A model generated the notes under the pieces. That model was not told the origin of the DNA. It did not search any database and saw only the letters and a list, made by a program, of their open reading frames with translations. 47,857 nt of DNA. It comes from Candidatus Pacearchaeota archaeon (lineage in GTDB: Archaea; Nanobdellota; Nanobdellia; Pacearchaeales; GW2011-AR1). Position numbers and translations under genes: made by a program. Below are positions 7,919 to 17,750 of this stretch, in pieces. Every line of letters begins with the position of its first letter. The first letter of the stretch is position 1. Where the stretch lies: positions 1 to 47,857 of the forward strand of contig PBZO01000004.1 of the NCBI GenBank assembly GCA_002731115.1, given 5' to 3'.

Positions 7919-10900
7919 ATAGATATCTTATAATATTATTAATAGGCATATTTTTTGTGTCTTTAATTAGTTCTACTAAAGATTTAGATAATAAAATTGA
8001 TGATGCTGTTTTAGATAAACTTGAAGATGAAGAAGATGTTGAAGTAATTGTAAAGCTAAAAGATGAATCTCTAATTACAAAGAAATCTAGGGTTAATATT
8101 TTTTCTAAGAATAAGGTTGAAACTTTTTCTAATGGAATAGAAATTGATAATAAGTTTAAAGATTCTTTTACAACAAATATCACAAAAGATGAATTAGATA
8201 AATTAAAATCAAATGAGGATGTTTTAACGATTATAGAATCAAAAAGAGCTAAACTATTTTTACAAGATTCTAGAGGAATTATGAATGCTACACCTACTTT
8301 TCCTGTTCAGATCTCAGGAACAAATATTACAGGAGTCGATGAAACAATTTGTGTTATTGATACAGGAATTAATTATACTCATCCTGATTTTGGAGGATGT
8401 TCTAATAAAAGTTTTCTTGATGGAAATTGTTCGAAGGTTATTGGAGGATGGGATTTTAATACAGGAACAGAAGATAGTGATCCTATGGATTTTCATGGTC
8501 ATGGAACACATGTTGCAGGAACTGTTGCAGCAAATGGAAATATAACTGGAATTGCACCTGGTGCAAAAATTGTATCTGTAAAAGTCTTTAATGATGCCGG
8601 AAGTGGAGGAAATCAATTAGTATTAGCTAATGCAATTCAGTGGTGTGTTGATAATTCTTCTATATTTAATATATCTGTAATTACAATGAGTTTAGGATTT
8701 GCAGATAATCGAACTAGTTATTGTGATTCAAGTTATCCGAGTATGACTGGAGCAATAAATAATGCTACTGCAAAAAACATAACCGTAACTGTTGCAACTG
8801 GAAATGATTATAATTATACTGCAATTTCTCCTCCTGCATGTATAAGAAACTCAACAGCTATTGGTGCTACAGATAAAAGTGATAATTTTGCGAGTTATAG
8901 CAATAGAAATAATATAACAGATTTATTTGCAACAGGATCAAGTATAAATGCAACAAGATGGAATTCTGATTCTTGCTCTGCTGGTTGTTCTTGTAGTGGA
9001 AATTATATGGTCTGTTCAGGAACATCAATGGCAACTCCCCATGTTGCAGGGATATTCTCTCTTATTAGGCAATTTTATAGATTACAAAGTAATAGAGTTC
9101 TACTTCCTTCTGAGATTGAAAGTACTTTAAATAAGACCGGAGTTAGATTAAGCGATGATTCAAGTGGATTAAATTTTTCCAGAGTTGATATTTATTCTGC
9201 AATTTTATCTATAGATGAAACACCTCCAAATGTAACACTTATCTCTCCTACAAATAAAACAATAAATTCTATTAATAATCAAACTTTTTCATGCAATGCA
9301 ACTGATGAAGTTGGGTTAAAAAATATTACATTTTATTTATGGAATTCAAGTGATGATATAATTAATCAGACAATAACTAATATTTCTGGCACATCTAATT
9401 TAACTTCATGGAATATTACAAATCTTTCTTATGAAAATTACCACTGGAATTGCTTAGCATATGACAGTAATAACTCCGCATATGCAAGTTCTAATTTTAG
9501 TTTAACAATGGGAAATATCAGTGTTACCTTAAATTCTCCATTAAATAACACTATTGCAAATCAAAACCAAACATTTAATTGCAGTTTTTCATCTACAAAT
9601 ACATTATCTAATTCAACTTTCTATATTTGGAATTCTTCAGATAATCTACTATATAATAATACAAAAAATATTTCTGGAACAACAAATAGTTCCAATTTTA
9701 GCTATAATTTCACATATGAAGATACTTATAAATGGAATTGTTTATCTTATAATAATCTTAATCTGAAAACTTATGCTTCATCAAATTTCTCAGTTACATA
9801 TGATTTAACTAATCCTACATTAAATATAACTTCCCCTATAAATAATAGTTGGTATAAGGTTGGAAGATTTAATATAACAATAAATGAAAGCGGGAATTGT
9901 ACTTATTCCTTGAACTCAGGAATAAATAATGTCTCAATGAGTTCGAGTGATAATTTAGTATTTAATTCAAGTAATTCTAGTTTAAGTGCAACTAGTTCTT
10001 CTGATGATTATAATGTTACATTCTATTGTGAGGATAGTGCTGGAAATAAAAACTCAAGTTCATTAATATTCTTTGGTATTGATTTATCTTATCCAAATAT
10101 AACTCTAATAAGTCCTGATACTCCATCTTCTTATACCTCTAATTCTCAAAATATAACTTTTAATTATAATGTAACTGATAACCTGAATATCTCAAGTTGT
10201 AATTTAATTATTGATGGTGAAATTAATCAAACATCCTCTGCAATTACAAATCAATCAGAAACACAAAGTTTTACAGAAAGTTTTTCTCCTGGAAGTTATA
10301 ATTGGCAAATAAATTGTACTGATTCTGCAGGAAATATAAATAATTCACTTTCTAGAAGTTTTAGTATTAGTGCTCCTGCAAGTAGTAGTGAGGAAAGTAG
10401 TACAAGTTCTTCAGGAGGTGGAGGTGGAGGTGGAGGTGGAAGTATTAAAGAAAGTTTAACTAGCTCAATCTCTACACCCCAAATATACTCTCCAAGTAGT
10501 GGGCAAACTTCTTCAGGATATACCAAGGAATTAAGTGAAAATGATAGAATAAAATTTACTCTTCTTAATATTAGTACAGGAGAACATAGTTTAACAATTG
10601 ATAACCTTGAGAATGATTCTGTTAGTATTACTATTCATAGTAATCCCCTAAAAATTGTTTTAAGTATAGGAGAGAGTATAAAGCTTAATTTAACTTCTTC
10701 TGATTATTATGACTTATATCTTAAATTAGAAGAAATTGTAAATAAAAAAGCTAAAATTACAATTAAGACAATTAATGAACCTATTCCAAAAGTAATTGAA
10801 GATTCTCCAATAGATGATAGCGAAGAAATTGAAAAAAAGATAAAATTCCCAGATCTTGAATTAGAGAAATTAAGAAATATTATTTATACATTAATACCAA

Positions 10901-10989
10901 TATTTATAATTATCCTTATATTTGTATTAATTACAAGGAAAAGAAAAAAGAAAAATGAAACCACTAAAACCAAGCGCAAAAGAAAATAA
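7903..10989 (+). CDS. S8 subtilisin-like serine protease with I9-like propeptide, four Ig-like repeats, poly-Gly linker and C-terminal TM anchor
   Basis: Catalytic triad motifs VIDTGI, HGHGTHVAG and GTSMATPHVAG. N-terminal signal anchor. Repeats of about 90 aa start at LISPTNKT, LNSPLNNT, ITSPINNS and LISPDTPS. Nine consecutive Gly (GGGGGGGGG), then TM plus RKRKKK tail. Confidence 0.9.
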   Translation: MYREINRYLIILLIGIFFVSLISSTKDLDNKIDDAVLDKLEDEEDVEVIVKLKDESLITKKSRVNIFSKNKVETFSNGIEIDNKFKDSFTTNITKDELDKLKSNEDVLTIIESKRAKLFLQDSRGIMNATPTFPVQISGTNITGVDETICVIDTGINYTHPDFGGCSNKSFLDGNCSKVIGGWDFNTGTEDSDPMDFHGHGTHVAGTVAANGNITGIAPGAKIVSVKVFNDAGSGGNQLVLANAIQWCVDNSSIFNISVITMSLGFADNRTSYCDSSYPSMTGAINNATAKNITVTVATGNDYNYTAISPPACIRNSTAIGATDKSDNFASYSNRNNITDLFATGSSINATRWNSDSCSAGCSCSGNYMVCSGTSMATPHVAGIFSLIRQFYRLQSNRVLLPSEIESTLNKTGVRLSDDSSGLNFSRVDIYSAILSIDETPPNVTLISPTNKTINSINNQTFSCNATDEVGLKNITFYLWNSSDDIINQTITNISGTSNLTSWNITNLSYENYHWNCLAYDSNNSAYASSNFSLTMGNISVTLNSPLNNTIANQNQTFNCSFSSTNTLSNSTFYIWNSSDNLLYNNTKNISGTTNSSNFSYNFTYEDTYKWNCLSYNNLNLKTYASSNFSVTYDLTNPTLNITSPINNSWYKVGRFNITINESGNCTYSLNSGINNVSMSSSDNLVFNSSNSSLSATSSSDDYNVTFYCEDSAGNKNSSSLIFFGIDLSYPNITLISPDTPSSYTSNSQNITFNYNVTDNLNISSCNLIIDGEINQTSSAITNQSETQSFTESFSPGSYNWQINCTDSAGNINNSLSRSFSISAPASSSEESSTSSSGGGGGGGGGSIKESLTSSISTPQIYSPSSGQTSSGYTKELSENDRIKFTLLNISTGEHSLTIDNLENDSVSITIHSNPLKIVLSIGESIKLNLTSSDYYDLYLKLEEIVNKKAKITIKTINEPIPKVIEDSPIDDSEEIEKKIKFPDLELEKLRNIIYTLIPIFIIILIFVLITRKRKKKNETTKTKRKRK
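10414..10440 (+). repeat. (ggaggt)n hexanucleotide microsatellite encoding the poly-Gly linker of the subtilase
   Basis: Read directly: ggaggtggaggtggaggtggaggtgga. Confidence 0.8.
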
Positions 10990-11230
10990 AAGATATTTAT
11001 TTGTAAAAGGCAGGAATCTAGATAAAAATATTGAAAAATCTATTTTAGAATTTATTGGAACTTGGGGAATGTCGAAAGTTGGTTTAGGCTTTATAAAAAC
11101 AGGGGAAAATTATTCAATTATCTCTATAAATCGTGAGATGGTGGATCTTGTAAGAGCTAGTTTTTGTGTCTTCTCTAAAGAAATTAGTGTGGAAAAAGTT
11201 AGTGGGACTTTGAAGGGGTTAAAGAAATAA
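10955..11230 (+). CDS. rnp2: RNase P protein component 2 (Pop5/Rpp14 family)
   Basis: N-terminus KPLKPSAKENKRYLFV and C-terminal VSGTLKGL resemble archaeal Pop5. It occupies the canonical position upstream of psmA in the exosome superoperon. Confidence 0.6.
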   Translation: MKPLKPSAKENKRYLFVKGRNLDKNIEKSILEFIGTWGMSKVGLGFIKTGENYSIISINREMVDLVRASFCVFSKEISVEKVSGTLKGLKK

Positions 11231-11444
11231 AGTTTGGCATTACAGAATATCAGCTCACATTAAATTAACAACTCTCCTATTTTTCATAAGCTACTAATAT
11301 TCATAAATCTTCCAATTCTGCTACCCTTATATAATAACGCTTAAATTTTCTAAACCAAAAACCTTTTAAATAGAAGCAACTTATAGGATAAGCAGAGAAA
11401 AAGAAGAAAGTTTTAAATTTATTATAAAATTCTCTAAAATTACA

Positions 11445-12164
11445 ATGGAAATGCCAATAGACATGCAACATCAAGCAATGGGCTATGACAGAACTGCAAC
11501 AATGTTCTCTCCAGAAGGTCATTTGCTTCAGGTAGAATATGCAGAAAAAGCAGTTAGGCTTAGTCCTTCAAGTATCGGAATGGTGTGTTCTGATGGAGTT
11601 TTTATTATAGCTGATAAAAGAATAGATGATAAGTTAATAGTCTCAGAATCAGCAAATAAAATCTATGAAGTTGATTCACATATTATTGCAAGTATTGCAG
11701 GAATAGTATCTGATGCAAGAGTCTTAGTTGAAAGAGCACAAGTTCTAGCACAACAACATAGAATAACCTATGATTCTTCAATAGAACCAGAATTAATAAT
11801 TAAAGAAATTTCAAATGTAAAACAACAATTTAGTCAATATGGTGGAGCAAGACCTTTTGGTGTTTTCCTTATGATTGCTGGAATGAACAATAAAAAACCT
11901 CAATTATTTACAAGTAGTGTTACAGGAAATTACCTTTCATATAATGCAAATGCTATTGGTGAAAATGATGAGAAGATAAAAGAAAAACTAAGAGAGAAAT
12001 ATAAACCTGAATTAACAATTAAAAAAGGTATTAAAGTTGCACTTGATATATTTAAAGAAATACAAGGTAGTAAATTTGATTTAGAAAAATTTGAATTATT
12101 TTATATTAATAAAGATAAAATTGAGAGAATAGAAGGAGATAAATTGAGAGAATTTGTAAAATGA
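11445..12164 (+). CDS. psmA: proteasome alpha subunit
   Basis: YDRTATMFSPEGHLLQVEYA signature and overall 20S alpha-subunit layout. Confidence 0.9.
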   Translation: MEMPIDMQHQAMGYDRTATMFSPEGHLLQVEYAEKAVRLSPSSIGMVCSDGVFIIADKRIDDKLIVSESANKIYEVDSHIIASIAGIVSDARVLVERAQVLAQQHRITYDSSIEPELIIKEISNVKQQFSQYGGARPFGVFLMIAGMNNKKPQLFTSSVTGNYLSYNANAIGENDEKIKEKLREKYKPELTIKKGIKVALDIFKEIQGSKFDLEKFELFYINKDKIERIEGDKLREFVK

Positions 12165-12835
12165 CTCAAACATTAGCAAGAATAAAACAATCTGGGAAAA
12201 ACTTTGAGATTATAGTTGATCTAGATAATGCATTAAAATTCAAAAAAGATGAAGTTTCATCAATAGACGCTGAAGGAGATAAGATTTTTAGTGATTCAAA
12301 AAAAGGACAAATTGCATCTAGTTCTGATCTAAAAAAAGCCTTTGGAACAGAAGATATTAATATGATTACTGAAAAAATAATTAAAAATGGAGAAGTTCTT
12401 TTAACTCAAGAACACAGAGATGAAGAACATGAAAGAAAGTTTAAACAAGTTGTTGATTTTTTAACAAATAATTCTATTGATCCTCAAACAGGAAATCCGC
12501 ATACAGCTGAAAGAATAAAAAGTGCTCTAGAACAAGCTCATATTAATATAAAAAATGCCCCCATAGAAAGCCAAATTAATGATATTCTTCTAGGAATTAG
12601 CAAAATTATCCCAATAAAAATAGAAACTAAAAAGATTAAGATAAGAATTCCAGCAGTACATACTGGAAAGGTTTATGGAATAGTTAATCAGTATAAAGAA
12701 GAAGAAAAATGGTTAGATAATGGAGATTTAGAAGTAATTGTTAGTGTTCCTGCTGGAATAATCATTGATTTTTATGATAAATTAAATGGTGTTACTCATG
12801 GAAGTGCAATAACTGAGGAGATAAAAGAAGAATGA
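12161..12835 (+). CDS. SBDS/Sdo1 family ribosome maturation protein
   Basis: N-terminal ARIKQSGKNFEIIVD...FGTED pattern. ATGA overlap with psmA and canonical superoperon position. Confidence 0.85.
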   Translation: MTQTLARIKQSGKNFEIIVDLDNALKFKKDEVSSIDAEGDKIFSDSKKGQIASSSDLKKAFGTEDINMITEKIIKNGEVLLTQEHRDEEHERKFKQVVDFLTNNSIDPQTGNPHTAERIKSALEQAHINIKNAPIESQINDILLGISKIIPIKIETKKIKIRIPAVHTGKVYGIVNQYKEEEKWLDNGDLEVIVSVPAGIIIDFYDKLNGVTHGSAITEEIKEE

Positions 12836-13506
12836 CTAAAGATAATCAAAGAAAGATAGTAATTCCTGGAGAAGTAATTGTTAAAGGAGATAATTATCTC
12901 CCTGGAGAAGGAACAGAAAAAAAAGGAGAAGAAATTGTATCAATAAAATATGGTCTTTCTGAAGAACAAAATAGACTAATAAAAGTAATCCCATTATCAG
13001 GAGTTTATCAACCTAGACGTGGAAACGTTGTTATCGGAAAAGTTGGGAATATTACCTTTAATGGTTGGGTAATAGATATTAGTGCTCCTGAAAGTGCATT
13101 TCTATCACTAATGGAAGTCCCAAAATATGTTAATAAAGATGGATTGGATGAAGTTATGGATTTCGGAGATATGGTAATTGCAAAAATTTGGAGTATTAAT
13201 AAAAGAGGAATAGATTTAAGTATAAAATCTAGAGGTTTAGGAAAAATAGATGAGGGAATAATTGTTAAAATAAATCCTAATAAAGTACCAAGAGTAATTG
13301 GAAAAGAGGGAAGCATGGTAAAATTAATAAAAGATGAAACAAAATGCAATATAACAATTGGACAAAATGGATTAATATGGATAAGGGGAGATAAAATAGA
13401 TGATGAATTATTTGCAAAAAAAGCTATTTTATTTGTAACAGAAAAATCATATATCTCAGGATTAACAGAAGAAGTAAAAAAATGGTTTGAAAAGGAGAAA
13501 AAATGA
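12832..13506 (+). CDS. rrp4: exosome RNA-binding subunit Rrp4 (S1 + KH)
   Basis: VIPGEVI...YLPGEGT N-terminal domain, S1-like GNVVIGKV...GWVIDI, KH-like VIGKEGSMVKLI. ATGA overlap upstream. Confidence 0.85.
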   Translation: MTKDNQRKIVIPGEVIVKGDNYLPGEGTEKKGEEIVSIKYGLSEEQNRLIKVIPLSGVYQPRRGNVVIGKVGNITFNGWVIDISAPESAFLSLMEVPKYVNKDGLDEVMDFGDMVIAKIWSINKRGIDLSIKSRGLGKIDEGIIVKINPNKVPRVIGKEGSMVKLIKDETKCNITIGQNGLIWIRGDKIDDELFAKKAILFVTEKSYISGLTEEVKKWFEKEKK

Positions 13507-14213
13507 CAAAAGAATTTAAAAGACCAGACGGAAGAAAAGTTGATGAATTAAGACCTATGACTGCAAAAGTTGGAGTTGTCCCAAATGCAGATGGAAGCGC
13601 AATGTTTTCTTTTGGAGATACTATTGCAATAGCTGCTGTTTATGGTCCTAAAAAAATGCATCCGCAGCATAAACAAAACCCCGAAAAAGGGACATTAAGA
13701 TGTAATTATAATATGATTAGTTTTTCTGTTAATGATAGAATAAGACCTGGACAAAGTAGAAGAAGTATGGAGATTAGCGAGATTACTAAATGGGCATTGG
13801 AACCTGTTTTAATGATTGATAATTACCCTAATATGGTTGTTGATGTTCATATTAATATATTACAAGCAAATGCATCAACTAGGTGTGCAGGAATAAATGC
13901 TGCTGCTATTGCCCTTGCTCATGCAGGAATTTCAATGAAAAATATGGTTTCAAGTGTTTCAATTGGAAAATTAGACAAACAATTAGTAGTTGATGTTGAT
14001 AAAAAAGAAGAAGATTGGGAAGAAGGAGAAGGAGCAACAGATATTCCAATAACAATGACTGGTGATGACAAAATAACTCATCTTCAATTAGATGGAAAGA
14101 TTGTAACAAAACAATTAAAGGAAGCTATTGAACTTGCAAGAAAATCTTGTAAAGAGATTTATGAAGTTCAAAAAAAAGCTTTAAAAGAAAGTTTAAGTGA
14201 AGGAGAAAAATAA
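13503..14213 (+). CDS. rrp41: exosome catalytic subunit Rrp41 (RNase PH fold)
   Basis: RPDGRKVDELRP...ADGSAMFSFGDT...AAVYGP motifs. ATGA overlap upstream. Confidence 0.9.
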   Translation: MTKEFKRPDGRKVDELRPMTAKVGVVPNADGSAMFSFGDTIAIAAVYGPKKMHPQHKQNPEKGTLRCNYNMISFSVNDRIRPGQSRRSMEISEITKWALEPVLMIDNYPNMVVDVHINILQANASTRCAGINAAAIALAHAGISMKNMVSSVSIGKLDKQLVVDVDKKEEDWEEGEGATDIPITMTGDDKITHLQLDGKIVTKQLKEAIELARKSCKEIYEVQKKALKESLSEGEK

Positions 14214-14214
14214 A

Positions 14215-15024
14215 ATGGATAAAGTATTAACAACACCAGATATAACAAGAGAAAGGATTAAAAGATATTTATCAGAAGGTAAAAGATTTGATAATAGAAA
14301 ACCTGAAGAATTTAGAGAACTAATAATAGAACCAGGAATATCTAAAAATGCTGAAGGATCTGCAAGAGTAAAATTAGGAAAAACAGAAGTTTTAGTTGGA
14401 ATTAAAATGAATACAAGTGAACCCTATCCTGATTCACCTGATAAAGGAAATTTAATGGTTACAACAGAATTACTTCCTTTAAGTTCTCCAAGATTTGAAG
14501 CAGGCCCTCCAAGAATAGAATCAATTGAATTAGGAAGATTAATTGACCGTGCAATAAGAGAAAGCAAACTTATTGAATTAGAAAAACTATGTATAAAAAA
14601 AGGAGAAAAAGTATGGACTGTTTTTATAGATATTTACTCAATAAATGATGATGGAAACTTACTTGATGCTGCAGGAATTGGTGCAATTGCTGCTTTAAAA
14701 AATACAAAAATTCCAAAATATGATGAGAAAAATGAGACTGTTTTATATGAAGAATCTTCAGGAAAGAATATCCCCTTATCAAAGAGCATTCCCATCTCTA
14801 TAACAGCACATAAAATAGGAGATAATATAATTATTGATCCTACACGGGAAGAAGAAGATATAAGCGAAACAAGAGTTACAATAGGATGTACAAATGGAGT
14901 AGTTTCATCTATGCAAAAAGGAAATTCAAAAGAATTAACAATAAAAGAAATGGAAAAAATCTTAGACTTAGTTGAAAAAATTGAAAAAGAAATATCTCTA
15001 AAGATAAATAAACCCTTAAAATAA
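14215..15024 (+). CDS. rrp42: exosome subunit Rrp42 (RNase PH fold, non-catalytic)
   Basis: GKRFDNRKPEEFRE...AEGSARVKLGKTEV pattern. I prefer the ATG at 14215, preceded by aggag, over the GTG track start at 14197. Confidence 0.85.
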   Translation: MDKVLTTPDITRERIKRYLSEGKRFDNRKPEEFRELIIEPGISKNAEGSARVKLGKTEVLVGIKMNTSEPYPDSPDKGNLMVTTELLPLSSPRFEAGPPRIESIELGRLIDRAIRESKLIELEKLCIKKGEKVWTVFIDIYSINDDGNLLDAAGIGAIAALKNTKIPKYDEKNETVLYEESSGKNIPLSKSIPISITAHKIGDNIIIDPTREEEDISETRVTIGCTNGVVSSMQKGNSKELTIKEMEKILDLVEKIEKEISLKINKPLK

Positions 15025-15025
15025 A

Positions 15026-15400
15026 ATGAAACCATCTGATATTAGTAAATATGAAATTGCTAGAATACTTGGGGCAAGGGCTCTTCAAATAGCAATGAAT
15101 GCTCCTCTTTTAATTAAGATTACTGATGAAGACTTGGAAAAAATAAAATTTGATTCTCTAAAAATAGCTGAAATTGAATTAAATTCAGAAATTCTTCCAA
15201 TCTCGGTAAAAAAACCATTTCCTGTAAAAAAAGATGAAGAGTTAAAAAGAGCAAAAGAACAGAAAGTTAGTGATAAAAAAATAGAAGAAGCGGAGACTAA
15301 AGAAGAAGAGGAAATTGCAAAAGAAGGAGAAATTATGGAATTAGTAACTCCTGAAGATGAACAAGAAGAAAATACTTCTAAAGAAGAGGAAGAAAAATAG
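15026..15400 (+). CDS. rpoK: RNA polymerase subunit K (Rpo6/RpoK) with about 60-aa acidic C-terminal extension
   Basis: KYEIARILGARALQIAMNAPLLI is the RpoK/Rpb6 core. The remainder is E/K-rich low complexity. Confidence 0.8.
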   Translation: MKPSDISKYEIARILGARALQIAMNAPLLIKITDEDLEKIKFDSLKIAEIELNSEILPISVKKPFPVKKDEELKRAKEQKVSDKKIEEAETKEEEEIAKEGEIMELVTPEDEQEENTSKEEEEK

Positions 15401-15442
15401 ATTTCTAAAAAACTATATAAACTAAATTTATCTTTTTTATAT

Positions 15443-16600
15443 ATGGTTGTAATAAAAGGGGTTGCTGCAAAATCAATTTTAGATTCTCGTAAGGATAAAA
15501 CAATTTTAATTACTGTAAAGACAAGTATTGGAAATTTTTCTGCAAGTTCCCCAAACGGAAAATCTACTGGAAAACATGCTGTAAAAATATATAAGAAAAA
15601 TCTTGAAGAAGATATCAAAACAATAAAGAAATTTAGTGATTATTTTTCTAAAGAAATAATAGATGAATTTGATGATCTAAGACGTATTGAAGATATTGTT
15701 GATGGACATGTTGGCGCAAATACTCTTTTTGCACTAGAATCTGCTATATTAAAAGCAACAGCAAAAGAACAAAAAAAGCAAATTTGGGAATTAATAAATT
15801 TAAAATCTAGAAAAACCCCTAGATTAGTTGGAAATTGTATTGGTGGAGGAAAACATTCTAATTCAAGGAAAAAACCAGATTTTCAAGAGTTCTTAATAAT
15901 CCCTAATCTAAAATCTACTAAAGAATCTTTTGAAAAAAGTAAAGAAGTAAAAAAAGATATAAAAGAAATTCTTAAAAGAGTTGATAAAAATTTTGAAAAT
16001 AAAAAAAATGATGAAGATGCTTGGATGACTTTATTGAATGAAAAAGAAATTTTAGATATTCTAAAAAAAATTAAATTACCCTTGGGAGTTGATATAGCAA
16101 GTTCTAGTTTTTACAAAAGAAACAAATACAACTATGAAAATCCTCTACTTAAAAGAGATAGTAAAGAACAATTAGGATATCTATCAAATCTTATTAATAA
16201 TTATAATCTATTTTATATAGAAGATCCTTTTAATGAAGAAGATTTTGAAAGTTTTTCTAAACTTCTTAAGAAATTTCCTAATAAATTAATTGTCGGGGAT
16301 GATTTAACTGTTACAAATACTAAGAGACTTGAAAAAGCAATAAAAATGAAAAGTATTAATGCTATAATTGTTAAGCCTAATCAAGTTGGTTCTTTAATTG
16401 AGATGAAAAGAGTCTGTGAACTTGCTAAAAAAAATAATATAAAAATAGTTTTTTCGCATAGAAGTGGAGAAACAGAAGAGAATATTCTAGCTGATTTAGC
16501 ATTTGGATTTGGTGCTGATTTCATTAAATGTGGGATTACAAGTAAAGTTAGAGAGATTAAAATAAGAAGATTGATTGAAATTGAAGAGAGTTTAACATAG
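15443..16600 (+). CDS. eno: enolase (short, divergent, 385 aa)
   Basis: SHRSGETEE, VKPNQVGS, VGDDLTVTN, YIEDPFNEEDF, DFQEFLIIP. The N-terminal SPNGKSTGKHA loop and the NDEDAW segment deviate from the canonical sequence. Confidence 0.8.
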   Translation: MVVIKGVAAKSILDSRKDKTILITVKTSIGNFSASSPNGKSTGKHAVKIYKKNLEEDIKTIKKFSDYFSKEIIDEFDDLRRIEDIVDGHVGANTLFALESAILKATAKEQKKQIWELINLKSRKTPRLVGNCIGGGKHSNSRKKPDFQEFLIIPNLKSTKESFEKSKEVKKDIKEILKRVDKNFENKKNDEDAWMTLLNEKEILDILKKIKLPLGVDIASSSFYKRNKYNYENPLLKRDSKEQLGYLSNLINNYNLFYIEDPFNEEDFESFSKLLKKFPNKLIVGDDLTVTNTKRLEKAIKMKSINAIIVKPNQVGSLIEMKRVCELAKKNNIKIVFSHRSGETEENILADLAFGFGADFIKCGITSKVREIKIRRLIEIEESLT

Positions 16601-16635
16601 AAAACCTTTAAAAACATATTTTCATCTGAATTCTC

Positions 16636-17442
16636 ATGACTAAAGAAAAAAAGGAATCTATAGAAAAAGAAGAAATTGTCGAAGAAAAACTTAAGGGAAA
16701 AGAATTAGAAAAAGCAGCAGAAACAGAATCTTTAAAACCAGAAAAAAGTATAAAAGAAAAGAAAGAAGAACTTTTAGCAAGGGTAAAAAAACTTTCTGGA
16801 AAAATTGATATTACTAAAACAGAAGAACTTAAAGAAAAAGTTAAAATTAAAAAAAGAGCAGATATGCTCATTCCTCTTGAAGAATATGTAAAAGCAGGGA
16901 TATATTTAGGAACAAAAGTTGTAACTCCAAAAATGAAGCAATATGTATATAGAAGAAGAGCTGATGGATTAGCTATCTTTAATACAGATTTAATTGATGA
17001 AAAATTAAAAGAAGGAATAGATTATCTAACAAAATTCAATCCGGAAGATATTATTCTTGTTTGCAAGAGACAATCAGGATGGAAAGCAGCAAATATGTTT
17101 TCACATTTAACTGGAATAAGAACATTTACAAAAAAATATCCCGCAGGAATTCTAACTAACACAACCCTTCCTGAATTTCTTGAAAATGAATTAACAATTG
17201 TAACTGATTCATGGTTAGATAAAAATGCTTTAAATGATACCTTAAAAGTTAATAAAAAAGTTTTAATGATTTGCGATACAAATAATTTTCCAAAAGGCAC
17301 TAATAATATAATTATTGGAAATAATAAAAGTGGAAAAAGTCTTGGAGTTATCTTTTATTTACTTGCAAAAGGATATTGTAAAGCAAAGAATATTAAGGCA
17401 GATATTCCTGATTTAGAATGGTGGACAAATGAAGAAGATTAA
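16636..17442 (+). CDS. rps2: ribosomal protein uS2 with about 75-aa K/E-rich N-terminal extension
   Basis: YVKAGIYLGTKVVTPKMKQYVYRRRADGLAIFN core. Canonical rpoK-eno-rps2 order. Confidence 0.8.
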   Translation: MTKEKKESIEKEEIVEEKLKGKELEKAAETESLKPEKSIKEKKEELLARVKKLSGKIDITKTEELKEKVKIKKRADMLIPLEEYVKAGIYLGTKVVTPKMKQYVYRRRADGLAIFNTDLIDEKLKEGIDYLTKFNPEDIILVCKRQSGWKAANMFSHLTGIRTFTKKYPAGILTNTTLPEFLENELTIVTDSWLDKNALNDTLKVNKKVLMICDTNNFPKGTNNIIIGNNKSGKSLGVIFYLLAKGYCKAKNIKADIPDLEWWTNEED

Positions 17443-17535
17443 ACTTTAAAAGATAACCAACTATCCTTTTCTTTTATATCCAAAAATAATTTTCATAGAT
17501 TTCCCGACGTCAAATATTTAATTCTCACCAAAACA

Positions 17536-17543
17536 TTTATAAA
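17536..17543 (+). promoter_or_regulatory. candidate TATA box (tttataaa) of the rRNA operon
   Basis: Lies about 25-30 nt upstream of the first base (about 17565) of the 16S processing-stem strand. The same octamer recurs at 19364 and 28698. Confidence 0.4.
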
Positions 17544-17564
17544 CATATTCTTTTTGAGGTTATC

Positions 17565-17632
17565 ATAACTAAGATGAGTGCTTTAATAAAGAACGTATCT
17601 GTTAACATTAAGGTATGATGTATGTAAAAGCA
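17565..17632 (+). other. 5' strand of the bipartite 16S processing stem
   Basis: 17619-17632 tgtatgtaaaagca is perfectly complementary to 19212-19225. 17565-17580 ataactaagatgagtg pairs with 19224-19240 with one bulge. Confidence 0.6.
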
Positions 17633-17750
17633 GTCATTAAGTTGTAATTCTGAAGCCAATAGTTAGGATTCGTGTGAAGTATTCTTGATATTTTATCATC
17701 GAGAACGCGGAATTGATTTATTATCTTAATAATTAAATATAAATTCTTTA

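Noticed and set aside
10414-10440. ggaggt repeats as Shine-Dalgarno-like or regulatory elements
   Set aside because: They are in frame inside the subtilase gene and simply encode the poly-Gly linker. They are kept only as a microsatellite feature.
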